Under the pieces are notes generated by a model that saw only the letters and a program-made list of their open reading frames with translations, did not search any database and was not told the origin of the DNA. Below, piece after piece: positions 25,345 to 34,206 of a stretch of DNA of 55,970 nucleotides (its first letter is position 1; every line of letters begins with the position of its first letter). A program made the translations under genes and the position numbers. The DNA is from a virus. The DNA is taken from positions 1 through 55,970 of IMG/VR virus record IMGVR_UViG_3300045988_090085; one strand, 5' to 3'.

Positions 25345-27108
25345 TCAGGTATTGTCTTCGGTGCCGGGATCAGAAGATGCTTTAGCAGTTTCGATGGCAA
25401 TAGCAGAATAGGGCTTGATGAGCGCACCGGAGATTCTGGTCTCGATCAGATACTTCTGCTGGTTGTAGTCGATGTCGAAGTCATCAAACATGTTGATAGC
25501 TCCGCCCTTATCAGCACCAACGTTGTAGTCGGAGAGGTTTACGATAATGCCGAGCAGATCGCCGCCGTTCTTACCCTTGGCGCCTTCCATAACAGGTACA
25601 GTAACGATAGCGGAAACTCTGAGCTTCTTAGCGAGCTGAGCCTCATCGTTGTAGATGGTACGGCCGGTGGTGTCCTCGATGAGGAGCATAGAAGTAAGCA
25701 TGTCTTCAGTAGTGTAAAGAATAGGAGCGCCGCTGCCCTTATAGTCCTTACGAGATCTGATAGCGGCAACAATAAATGCCTTAGCCTTATCGATATCAGA
25801 AGCGCCGTCTGCAGTAGTAACAGTAACCTTGATGGTATACAGATCATCATCGTTGAAGATAGGTCTTACGTGAGACTCCTGAATCTTGTCTTCAGCAGAA
25901 GAGAGTCTTCCGTCACCGATGAGAATAGCTCTTGCAAGTTCCTCGTTGAGCATCATACGCATCTCGGACTTAACCCAAGATACAACGTCGAATGAGGTGA
26001 TGTCAATGAGATCATCTCTGTCGAACTTCTGCTTCTTGTAGACAGTCTGAGGGTCAGTGGTTCTCTTGAGGAGTGTGAATACCTGCTCCTTCTTGAGCTT
26101 ACCCTTGATATAACCCTTTGCGCGAGCTTCGTCAGCGGTAATGTTAGCGAAGATAGACTTGATGCGGCTGAAGGGAGTGTGATGTACGCCATTGAGAACG
26201 CCGTCAACCCAGCTGGTATCACGCTTGATGAAACCGGGGATAGTGTCGATGGTCTTGTAGTCGGGGAACAGATAATCAATGTTAGTGATAGAGTGAGCGA
26301 TGCAGGACTCCTTCATGGAACCGTAACGCTTCATATCACTGATTGCGGCAGCCATGTCTTCATGAGAAATGGTATCGCCGGTAGTGAGTGTGCTCTGGTC
26401 AAATACATTATAAGGCATTTCATTTTCCTCCTTAATAGAATGAATTATATCTTCAGGGTCGCTGAGGTCGAGATCAAGACCGTCGAGCACATCTCCTGAA
26501 TCGTATGAATGTTCAATGTCTGTAGATCCTTCATCGAGAGCATGAGCAACGAGTGCCGTCACTACATCGCGCTGCTTGTCAGTAAGGGTCACAAGGACGT
26601 CGGCAACGGTCTCTTCCTTTGAATCAGGAGTGCCGTCTGCGGAATGGCAAATGATGGATTCACCGAAATAGATAACACCTTCTTCGCTCAGATCTTCACC
26701 ATGAGAAACGACGGTATCGATTGTTGCGGCAGGATTAGCCCCAACTGCTACAAGGCTGACTTCACAGATATTTCCATGAGTTACGTCAGCGCCGAACTGG
26801 TGAATATCATTTGCGAAAATGGAAAGGGATTTGAGGTCACCGTGCATAACCGCCTTGTGAGCATCAATGCCCTTTGTGGTGTCATTGAACTTACAGTAAG
26901 CATACACGCCCTCTGGACGATTCTCAAGCAGTGCATGCCCAAGAATATTGGATACATCCTTGTGCTGATGGGACCAAACGAGAGGCACGATCTTACCGTT
27001 GCAATGCGCGAATGCATCCTTCTTGATGGTTCTGCCATCGGAGCATCTCACATCATTCTTGGTTGCCCATCCACAAAAGTCATAGTCATTACTGCTGACT
27101 GTTGCCAT
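25345..27108 (-). CDS. Prohead protease (HK97 S78 family) fused to major capsid protein (HK97 fold)
   Basis: N-terminus ..VWSHQH..GHALLENRPEGVYAY..HGDLKSLSIFA..ICEVSLVAVGANPAATI; C-terminus ..DRDDLIDITSFDVVSW..EELARAILIGDGR; ATG after GGAGG. Confidence 0.8.
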   Translation of the reverse strand: MATVSSNDYDFCGWATKNDVRCSDGRTIKKDAFAHCNGKIVPLVWSHQHKDVSNILGHALLENRPEGVYAYCKFNDTTKGIDAHKAVMHGDLKSLSIFANDIHQFGADVTHGNICEVSLVAVGANPAATIDTVVSHGEDLSEEGVIYFGESIICHSADGTPDSKEETVADVLVTLTDKQRDVVTALVAHALDEGSTDIEHSYDSGDVLDGLDLDLSDPEDIIHSIKEENEMPYNVFDQSTLTTGDTISHEDMAAAISDMKRYGSMKESCIAHSITNIDYLFPDYKTIDTIPGFIKRDTSWVDGVLNGVHHTPFSRIKSIFANITADEARAKGYIKGKLKKEQVFTLLKRTTDPQTVYKKQKFDRDDLIDITSFDVVSWVKSEMRMMLNEELARAILIGDGRLSSAEDKIQESHVRPIFNDDDLYTIKVTVTTADGASDIDKAKAFIVAAIRSRKDYKGSGAPILYTTEDMLTSMLLIEDTTGRTIYNDEAQLAKKLRVSAIVTVPVMEGAKGKNGGDLLGIIVNLSDYNVGADKGGAINMFDDFDIDYNQQKYLIETRISGALIKPYSAIAIETAKASSDPGTEDNT

Positions 27109-28345
27109 TTTGAATTTCCTCCTTCTTATTATTTGTAGTGTCATTGGAAGGAGTTTGTGCAACTTCTTCGGCAGACTTATTGAGGTTCTTGTTTCTAAGT
27201 TCATCCGCATTCGGGTCGCTGGAGGGTTTCATACCTGCAATCTGGCGAACTTCATTAGATGTAAGAATCTCGTTTCTTGTAAACTTATCCGCAATATCAG
27301 CAAGATTACTGATAGGAACAAGCTTAAAGGGATCTCTGAAGTATACAATGTCTTGACGCTGACTACGCGCCGTCTTGGATAAGAACTTAACACGCATAGC
27401 ATCAACTATAGCAGCTACAATTGGTTCGATTGTACGGCTGTTGTAGTTTAACATTGTACTTTCATCGGCGGAACCATTGAGAACTTCGGTTGTGATACCT
27501 AACTGGGCATAAAACTGTGAAGTGAGGTATTCAATCTGGGCCTGGAGATTGTTCTCAAGGGGACGGTTAAGTTGAGTAATCTTCTCAGTGCCATCCGTGT
27601 ACGCAATACCATACTTTGAACCTGAAAGTTGGACTTCAATTTCTCTACGTCTTTCCTCAGCCTGCTTCTTTCTGGCTTCGGATTTGATAACATAAGGTAA
27701 CTGAATGATAAGGTCTAACTTACCAGCACTATTTTGAGCGTCAATAGCGTCAAGCATAGATATTTTTCGCATAAGACGCTGCATAGTGCTGTTTGGTTCA
27801 TTTATTATGGCATACAGGGGATTTGGAACGATCGCGACACAACGTTTCGGAAGCATTATCTCATGATGCTGACCATCGTTTTCGTTGTAAAGATCTATCT
27901 TAACATACTGAGGTCGCCATTCAACTATCTTACCAACTCGCATACTAAGCACGTCGTAAGAATCTGTGAACGTTATATCATTTGTAGCTTTGACCGGAAC
28001 AATTGCAATCGAACCGTTTGTAAACATACTCAGCACGCAGTCTTGAACGAAAGCCCTAGATGTCTGATCGATATTAGCCTCTTGTGTCAAGCAATAATTC
28101 AGGCCATCATTAATGGTTTCTGAATATCTGTCATTTTCGTCAAGACGTACGTGCTGTATCACAACGGACGCAACATCCAGTGCGATACGATTATAGACAG
28201 CCATAATGGTTGTCGTTTCTGACCCCTGATAGTATCTTGCATAGTTGGGTGAGTAGTACGACGCGGGGCCGTAGTCGTACGGGGTAGGATCTCGACCCAT
28301 AAAAACGTTCCAGGCGTGTTTAGCCCGGGATATTAATGAAGCCAT
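27089..28345 (-). CDS. Portal protein
   Basis: 418 aa between the TerL-side genes and protease-capsid; assigned by size and position. Confidence 0.7.
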   Translation of the reverse strand: MASLISRAKHAWNVFMGRDPTPYDYGPASYYSPNYARYYQGSETTTIMAVYNRIALDVASVVIQHVRLDENDRYSETINDGLNYCLTQEANIDQTSRAFVQDCVLSMFTNGSIAIVPVKATNDITFTDSYDVLSMRVGKIVEWRPQYVKIDLYNENDGQHHEIMLPKRCVAIVPNPLYAIINEPNSTMQRLMRKISMLDAIDAQNSAGKLDLIIQLPYVIKSEARKKQAEERRREIEVQLSGSKYGIAYTDGTEKITQLNRPLENNLQAQIEYLTSQFYAQLGITTEVLNGSADESTMLNYNSRTIEPIVAAIVDAMRVKFLSKTARSQRQDIVYFRDPFKLVPISNLADIADKFTRNEILTSNEVRQIAGMKPSSDPNADELRNKNLNKSAEEVAQTPSNDTTNNKKEEIQNGNSQQ

Positions 28346-28360
28346 AAACAGCTCTCCTGA

Positions 28361-29905
28361 TTATCGACGCATTGCGTTTTGTATATTACTGATGATATTA
28401 TTGAATGTATCCATATTCATATCGATCTCTCCCCCGGTGTTTATCTTAGATATTTCACCGGCGCCATCCGAAATACGTTCAAGCTTATTACGTAAGGCAG
28501 TCTTCTGCATGTCGCTTATATTTGCAGCGTCGATATCGGAATCGATTTTATTATACGCGGTTTCCCACATTTTATATTTACCCTCAGCTAACGTTACATT
28601 CTTTTTTGTGTTTCGAGCTGCTGATATCATGCTTTCGTAGCTTGTCCGCAGGTTACGTGCCAAGTTTATCAGATCCTGTGTAGATTTATAGAACTGATCC
28701 AATTTGTTATTGAGGCTGTTGTACGCATTGTTATTTGCTATAGGTTTCGGAACAGCCGCATGCTCGATAAAATCGTCAGTAGGCATGTCGAAATATGACT
28801 GCTTGATTCTCTGATTGGGATTAGGGTAAGATACGACTTCATAGGGAATAAATATGGATCTTGCTTTCATCAATCTCATTGAATTTCGTTTTGAGGTAGT
28901 TGGGTATGCAGAAACATCAATAGCTTTAACGTCGTCCAGGAGTTTTTTCTGGGCATCGACATTGACCTTCATTTGTGCATGGTAAGAATCAGCTTCACTC
29001 TTGGCGTCTGAAGCTTTTTTTCTAGCTTCCCATATCCACTTCTCGTAATTTTGAGTAGCTTTTAAAGGGTGGCCGTACTTCGATGCTGACGATGCTCGGA
29101 TACCCTCATAACTTCCCGCATTATTCATGTAATTATAATACGACTTCATAGACCGATTATAATCATTCAAGATAGTTTTGTACTCGCTCTTGAGTTTCTT
29201 CATTTTTTCTGCATAAGCATTTATCAGACGAATATCTGCATCATACTGCGGACTTCCCGTGGGAACCAAGCTGGCATGCGAAAGAGTGTTATTAGCATAC
29301 GCTCTACTTGAACCGGATCCCTGGTAGTCAAGCCAATCGTTCATTGACATGCCTCTTTTTTCGGCATGTCGAACGCTATTCACATACGGTCCGTCATATT
29401 CACGGGTATGTTTAGAACGCTGCTGCCGGTATTTATCATATTTAACTTGTGCAATGGAGAGCCTTCTTTTAGCATCAGAAAGACCGTTTTTTGCGTATTC
29501 AAGTTGTTTATTGAGATCCTCAAGATGCAATTTTTGGTTCTTTTCTCGGCGAGTCGATTCCTGAAATGCCTTTAATGGAGAAGCGACTGCAGCTTTCTTT
29601 CGTTCTGCTTCGATATCAGCTGCTTGTTTTTCGACTTCTTTTATACGTTTCTCGATTTCTTCAACTTGCTTTGTATATCGTTCGATATCCATTTCGGCAC
29701 TTCTTTTTTCACGCCAGGTCTTCTCAACAGCATAATCATCGGCATCGTCCTGTTCGATTCGTGCACGAACTTTCTTTTCGTCGAGTTCTTCTTTGTCTTT
29801 TTTACCAAAAAGTTTCGACGGATCCCATTTCATGCCCTTTACGCCATAGTGAGCAATATACGCTTTACTTGAACCCGATCCCTGATAGTCAAGCCAATCG
29901 TTCAT
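28361..29905 (-). CDS. Coiled-coil head-module protein (514 aa) with duplicated N-terminal tag MNDWLDYQGSGSS
   Basis: ORF track frame trimmed to ATG after GAGGTGG; a 47-nt repeat (29860..29906 vs 29299..29345) places a second in-frame ATG behind a GAGG. Confidence 0.65.
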   Translation of the reverse strand: MNDWLDYQGSGSSKAYIAHYGVKGMKWDPSKLFGKKDKEELDEKKVRARIEQDDADDYAVEKTWREKRSAEMDIERYTKQVEEIEKRIKEVEKQAADIEAERKKAAVASPLKAFQESTRREKNQKLHLEDLNKQLEYAKNGLSDAKRRLSIAQVKYDKYRQQRSKHTREYDGPYVNSVRHAEKRGMSMNDWLDYQGSGSSRAYANNTLSHASLVPTGSPQYDADIRLINAYAEKMKKLKSEYKTILNDYNRSMKSYYNYMNNAGSYEGIRASSASKYGHPLKATQNYEKWIWEARKKASDAKSEADSYHAQMKVNVDAQKKLLDDVKAIDVSAYPTTSKRNSMRLMKARSIFIPYEVVSYPNPNQRIKQSYFDMPTDDFIEHAAVPKPIANNNAYNSLNNKLDQFYKSTQDLINLARNLRTSYESMISAARNTKKNVTLAEGKYKMWETAYNKIDSDIDAANISDMQKTALRNKLERISDGAGEISKINTGGEIDMNMDTFNNIISNIQNAMRR

Positions 29906-29916
29906 TTTACCACCTC

Positions 29917-31659
29917 TCAAAAATTATCTCGATTGTGTTTGTATGCCACAAAAGCGTCCATCATTGCCGAGACAGAATCAATCTTCTGTTCGCGATGAGA
30001 CTTAAGCAGCTTTCGGTTTCCGTTAGTATCCTCTAGTGTGATGCAGTTTCCCATAGCGAACTGCATAAGGGCTTCGTCAAAGAGAAGCATACGCTTTTCA
30101 CTAAGATGCTTTAACTCACCAAGAGGAACTGACTCTGTACGTGCTCCCTGGATAACTTTCTCAACACCGAATTCGGAGTTCTCAGATACATAAAGATCTA
30201 CGAACTCTTTAGCATTATATGGGTCGTAACCAAAGCAACGTACATCATATTCGCACATTTGTATATGTGTATCGAGGTCCTGATATACCTGTGTCATGTC
30301 AAGTATAGAACCTTCCATGATTATAAGACTACCTTCATCCATGAATTCCTGGTATTTACTCCTCATTGCCAACGGCAACTTAGCAAGAGTAAATGAGGTT
30401 ATGTAAGCTCGAGTCTTTATTCCGAAAGCACCGTTATCAAGCGGAAACAGGAATGTAAACGCACAGAAGTCATCGCCAAGTGACATATCACCACCAAGCG
30501 AACACGCCATTCCGTTATAATACTGCTTACGATGGGGTATAGTTTCCTCGTATGAAAAGTAATATGTGTAACCCTCCATCGGTAAACCGAACCTCTTAGC
30601 AAGAATATCATTACGGGTAGCGGGAGCTTTCTCGGCACGTTCTACGTCGAGTTGATAAGCTTCATAACTTACGGTCTTTCCTATATTAGGCTGGGCCTTT
30701 ATCCACATCTCCGGATTACCAACTTCATCAATAGAATCGAGTTGATACCACCAGATAGATACATGAGGATTGATGTACTCGCCTTTAAGGATATCCATCA
30801 ATTCCATTTTGATTGTATCGCCCGGGCCATTACGAACCGTACCTTCTGAACTTACTGCAATGATAAGATAGTCATCATTCTTGGATGCACCCTGTTCAAG
30901 CGCACCTATTACATCCTCTCGGATATCGCCTGAAAGCCATTCGTCGACCGTATTGATACGGCTGTTAAGTCCCTGCAACTTGTCAATAGTCATGGGACGA
31001 ATCTCGACAATGGATCCAGTGATGAAATTCTCGATACCCTTCTTTGTAGCTACAAGTTTAGGTCGACTAGCCTTTGAACCAGTAGTGTTATTGATAGAGC
31101 CTTCTGTCAAGAAAGTATACAACGGTCCTCGGGATCTAGCCATGGCAGTTTTCATAGGCATGGTGACCTCTTCTGCCTGCTTCATAGTCGGAGCGGTGTG
31201 TACACCACGTGTGGTTGTAACATCGCAGCTTAAGAAGTAACTCTGTATGTAGCTCTCATACTGCGATTTAGCTGCGCCTCGTCCTACAATAAGGTATTGT
31301 TTGTTGATGAGTCTTTTCTTGACTCTTCGACGGACATAGTGACCGGTGTTGTTTTTACCGGGTTTGTATACGTGCTTTTCAACGAAGTAATACCAACCAA
31401 ACACCTGCTCTCCCCAGAGCTTAAACGTATCCAGAAGCTTAAGATCAGAACCATCTGTAAGAGTTAACTCATTCTCACAAAACTGTATCCATCCTTCAAC
31501 CTTTCCCGGATCGTAATACACTCCCGGATTTCGAATCAGGTCATCTATGCGATTCATCTCCATCGAAATCTTCTGATTAACAGGTATCTCGCCGCGCATT
31601 ACTGCGTCACGAAATTCACCGTAATACTTAGGAACGGCAGTGTTTGATAACCTACTCAC
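29917..31659 (-). CDS. terL: Terminase large subunit
   Basis: 580 aa; P-loop-like LIVGRGAAKSQ, nuclease-type C-terminal half, position; GTG start overlaps the upstream stop (GTGA). Confidence 0.85.
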   Translation of the reverse strand: MSRLSNTAVPKYYGEFRDAVMRGEIPVNQKISMEMNRIDDLIRNPGVYYDPGKVEGWIQFCENELTLTDGSDLKLLDTFKLWGEQVFGWYYFVEKHVYKPGKNNTGHYVRRRVKKRLINKQYLIVGRGAAKSQYESYIQSYFLSCDVTTTRGVHTAPTMKQAEEVTMPMKTAMARSRGPLYTFLTEGSINNTTGSKASRPKLVATKKGIENFITGSIVEIRPMTIDKLQGLNSRINTVDEWLSGDIREDVIGALEQGASKNDDYLIIAVSSEGTVRNGPGDTIKMELMDILKGEYINPHVSIWWYQLDSIDEVGNPEMWIKAQPNIGKTVSYEAYQLDVERAEKAPATRNDILAKRFGLPMEGYTYYFSYEETIPHRKQYYNGMACSLGGDMSLGDDFCAFTFLFPLDNGAFGIKTRAYITSFTLAKLPLAMRSKYQEFMDEGSLIIMEGSILDMTQVYQDLDTHIQMCEYDVRCFGYDPYNAKEFVDLYVSENSEFGVEKVIQGARTESVPLGELKHLSEKRMLLFDEALMQFAMGNCITLEDTNGNRKLLKSHREQKIDSVSAMMDAFVAYKHNRDNF

Positions 31660-32120
31660 TTCTTATCACTCTGTCCCTTCTTAGGATTTACAATATCCTG
31701 TCCCACGGCCTTGTTTATAGCGGTGCCGAGGGCATATGTTACCGCTTGGGTTCCAATATTTTCGAGTGACTTATCGAGTACATTCTTACCAATCTTACTG
31801 ATCCAATCAACTGCACGCTTCTTCTTAGACGGTGCTGCTGCCATAGACTTTTCGAGATCGGCAAGAGACTGCTCGAGCTTGAGACGAGATATGCGGTTCT
31901 GTATCTCCTCGTCAGTCATCTCAGAAACCTTTTTCTTCTTGGGAGTTTCATCCTCAGCTTTTGTTTTGCTGGTTGAAATCTTCTTGCGTCCGCCATGGAA
32001 ACCAAGACTCTGAAATGGACGAAGACCAGAGCCCCATTTAAATCGTCCCGATCTACGAGGTTTGCCATAGTGGGCAATGAAATCCTCATAAGGCATATTC
32101 GTTATAGACGTGACATCCAC
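31656..32120 (-). CDS. Basic protein (154 aa) carrying the N-terminal HYGKPRRSGRFKWGSG motif
   Basis: GTG start 5 nt after GGAGGAG; motif shared with 34207..36975. Confidence 0.65.
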   Translation of the reverse strand: MDVTSITNMPYEDFIAHYGKPRRSGRFKWGSGLRPFQSLGFHGGRKKISTSKTKAEDETPKKKKVSEMTDEEIQNRISRLKLEQSLADLEKSMAAAPSKKKRAVDWISKIGKNVLDKSLENIGTQAVTYALGTAINKAVGQDIVNPKKGQSDKK

Positions 32121-32479
32121 TATGACTCCTCCTTTTGATAGAGTTTATCAGAGATAGCATTGATGCGCCATTCGAGTTCAGCGATTGTCTGATCGAGGGC
32201 ATCAACCGCGCTACTATTTGTAGGCGGATCAAACTGTTTACGAACTTTGGCGGTGACATAAGACTTCACCAGGTTACGAGTCTTCTCGTCAGGTATAAGT
32301 TCAGTCCACGTTTCATTTATACCAGTGACAAACATTGTGTTTGGCATGCTATCGCCGATCTGATCCAAGATAACAAGCACACTGTTTATGTACATAATGA
32401 GATCTGGATCATAGTAATCATCTTCTACGTTTCCAGTCAGGAACTTTCGCATTGACTGGAGGATGCTGTCAGTATTCAT
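32120..32479 (-). CDS. Hypothetical protein (119 aa), possibly head-tail connector-like
   Basis: ORF track; weak recalled resemblance to gp6-like connector proteins, position atypical. Confidence 0.5.
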   Translation of the reverse strand: MNTDSILQSMRKFLTGNVEDDYYDPDLIMYINSVLVILDQIGDSMPNTMFVTGINETWTELIPDEKTRNLVKSYVTAKVRKQFDPPTNSSAVDALDQTIAELEWRINAISDKLYQKEES

Positions 32480-32721
32480 CGACGGCCTCCTATCTTGTGA
32501 TCTCGTATCTCTACGTGATCGCGTTCAGTATAACCTATTACGCCATAATCGGCTTTGATGAAGTAGTACCTGTCCGACGATTTTGAGTAGTCTACCGTGA
32601 CCATAGATCCTTCTGAGATTATACCAACAGTATAAGACGTGTCAATCGGTTTCACTCGAATAATCGTGTTAAAACAGTTGGTAACGAAACCTGTAGCTAC
32701 TTTTTGATCAGTCTCAGACAA
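32476..32721 (-). CDS. Small SH3-like beta protein (81 aa)
   Basis: TTG start 7 nt after GGAGG preferred over the upstream ATG at 32754. Confidence 0.5.
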   Translation of the reverse strand: MSETDQKVATGFVTNCFNTIIRVKPIDTSYTVGIISEGSMVTVDYSKSSDRYYFIKADYGVIGYTERDHVEIRDHKIGGRR

Positions 32722-32725
32722 GCTT

Positions 32726-33157
32726 TTACCTCCTCTTCCAGGGGCAAGTATCATAAGGTTTGCGTTCCACTGGTCGGATATTGAGTTGATCCAGATTCCC
32801 GTAGTGTATGGCCTTATGTGTTGTTACCCTAACTGATATGAGATACTCTGGATCCATAAGGAACCTTGTACCGTTACGAATATCATCCATAGTAATCGGA
32901 TTCATATGATGGATTATGATCATCTCGCCAGGAGTAAACTCATGACCTTCAACGCCTAAGTCGCAGCCCATATCACGGGTTATAACTTGCGGTCTGACGA
33001 TTGACCATTCTCTTGAATGATAAAACATCTGATTAAAGATTCTGTCTACGCCGAAAGTATCGCTTGCTACGACCCCTGGAAGTTTCAAATACTCGAATCG
33101 CTCCTCGAATGTAGCAAGCTGGGATAGTTCAGTATAACTCCTGATCATCTTCATCAT
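32726..33157 (-). CDS. HNH endonuclease (terminase-associated type)
   Basis: ..IIIHHMNPITMDDI..LISVRVTTHKAIHYG = H-N-H pattern; start uncertain (33148-33184). Confidence 0.65.
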   Translation of the reverse strand: MMKMIRSYTELSQLATFEERFEYLKLPGVVASDTFGVDRIFNQMFYHSREWSIVRPQVITRDMGCDLGVEGHEFTPGEMIIIHHMNPITMDDIRNGTRFLMDPEYLISVRVTTHKAIHYGNLDQLNIRPVERKPYDTCPWKRR

Positions 33158-33473
33158 CGTTTCCACTATATCTTCGCATAGCATCGATTACCTTTTGGAA
33201 CAGTTCTTCATTCCTTTTCTCGGACTTTATGGCCTCGGTCTTTGCCCTAAGAAGTTTGTTCTCTTCTTCAAGCTTTTCTCTTTCGAGCCGATCTCGAGAC
33301 CCGGCCATTTTTAAGTAGTGGGTAATGACCTGTGACGATGCGGTGCCATCCCTTAGCTGCTGTTCGGCACGGTCTACTGCTAACGCAATGAGCTGTGCTT
33401 CACGAGCTTCAGGCGTATATGCTGGGGTCGTCTCGTAATTTACATCACTACCGTTAACTTTACCTCGTCTCAA
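33129..33473 (-). CDS. Putative terminase small subunit
   Basis: 114 aa; TTG start 8 nt after AAGGAGG; first gene after a 476-bp non-coding region, upstream of HNH and TerL; function by position only. Confidence 0.4.
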   Translation of the reverse strand: MRRGKVNGSDVNYETTPAYTPEAREAQLIALAVDRAEQQLRDGTASSQVITHYLKMAGSRDRLEREKLEEENKLLRAKTEAIKSEKRNEELFQKVIDAMRRYSGNDDEDDQELY

Positions 33474-33490
33474 AGTAGTTTCCTCCTTAA

Positions 33491-33569
33491 GCCCTAGTAG
33501 GAGATTGCACGTACTCGACACCTATTGAAAGGAGAAAGTTAAGTATCGCCTGCAACCTCTTACTAGGGC
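33491..33569 (-). promoter_or_regulatory. Long imperfect hairpin (19-bp outer stem + 6-bp inner stem) abutting the RBS of the first late gene
   Basis: Minus GCCCUAGUAAGAGGUUGCA..UGCAAUCUCCUACUAGGGC (1 mismatch, 1 G-U), inner CGAUAC/GUGUCG; 3' arm ends 1 nt before UUAAGGAGG. Confidence 0.6.
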
Positions 33570-33590
33570 TTAAAAGTGATTTTAAGCAAA

Positions 33591-33658
33591 CCTCCCCCGG
33601 GGAATTCTCGAGGAGGCGCGCGATAAGAGAGGGGGTGTATTTTGAAAGACCCCTCCCC
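33591..33658. promoter_or_regulatory. GC-rich palindrome cluster (candidate cos/pac or regulatory site)
   Basis: CCTCC-CCCCGGGG-AATT-CTCGAG-GAGG, GCGCGC, then GAGGGGGT-N12-ACCCCTCC, inside otherwise AT-rich DNA. Confidence 0.4.
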
Positions 33659-33949
33659 ATGTTCATATGTTTGCAATGTCCTTTGCTTTCTTCTTTCATT
33701 TCTGTTCGTTGAACAATAACAAAAGCTTAAACAATTTGTTAGACAAAGCAAACACATTAAACATGAGAAACGTTTTGCTGTTTACTGACCAAACAACAAA
33801 GCGCTTTAAAGTTCTTATCCTTGTAAATAGAATTCAAAGATTATCGATCAGCTTCTTTAATCATTCATGTATCGAATCCAATTGTGTGGGTAGGCATAGA
33901 TTCCATAAACTATATCTGCAAGTCCAGTCAATTAATCTAAGAATTATAT

Positions 33950-34201
33950 TCAAGTATTATTTGGAGCGTTACGACTAACGACTTTGAAGATGTCTAAAGG
34001 ATCTTCAATAACAACTTGATTGCAAGCTCTTTGAATTTCCTTATTGTATTCTTCAGGAGTCATTGTGTCATCTGTGAACGCAACTCTTGCGAGACGTTCA
34101 CACGTCTTATAACCATGAGCGATATCATAGTTCCACCACTGATCAAACTTATCAAATGGTGAATAAGGATTATCTTTCGTGGTTAATGCGAATTCTTTCA
34201 T
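33950..34201 (-). CDS. Hypothetical protein (83 aa)
   Basis: ORF track frame, ATG 8 nt after AGGAG; last gene of the nuclease/RNAP operon. Confidence 0.7.
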   Translation of the reverse strand: MKEFALTTKDNPYSPFDKFDQWWNYDIAHGYKTCERLARVAFTDDTMTPEEYNKEIQRACNQVVIEDPLDIFKVVSRNAPNNT

Positions 34202-34206
34202 TGCGT

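Noticed and set aside
33595-33612. Adjacent CCCGGG (SmaI/XmaI), GAATTC (EcoRI) and CTCGAG (XhoI) sites that resemble a cloning polylinker
   Set aside because: No vector backbone, marker or other synthetic sequence is present. The sites are part of a larger natural GC-rich dyad (CCTCC...GGAGG) in a phage intergenic region.
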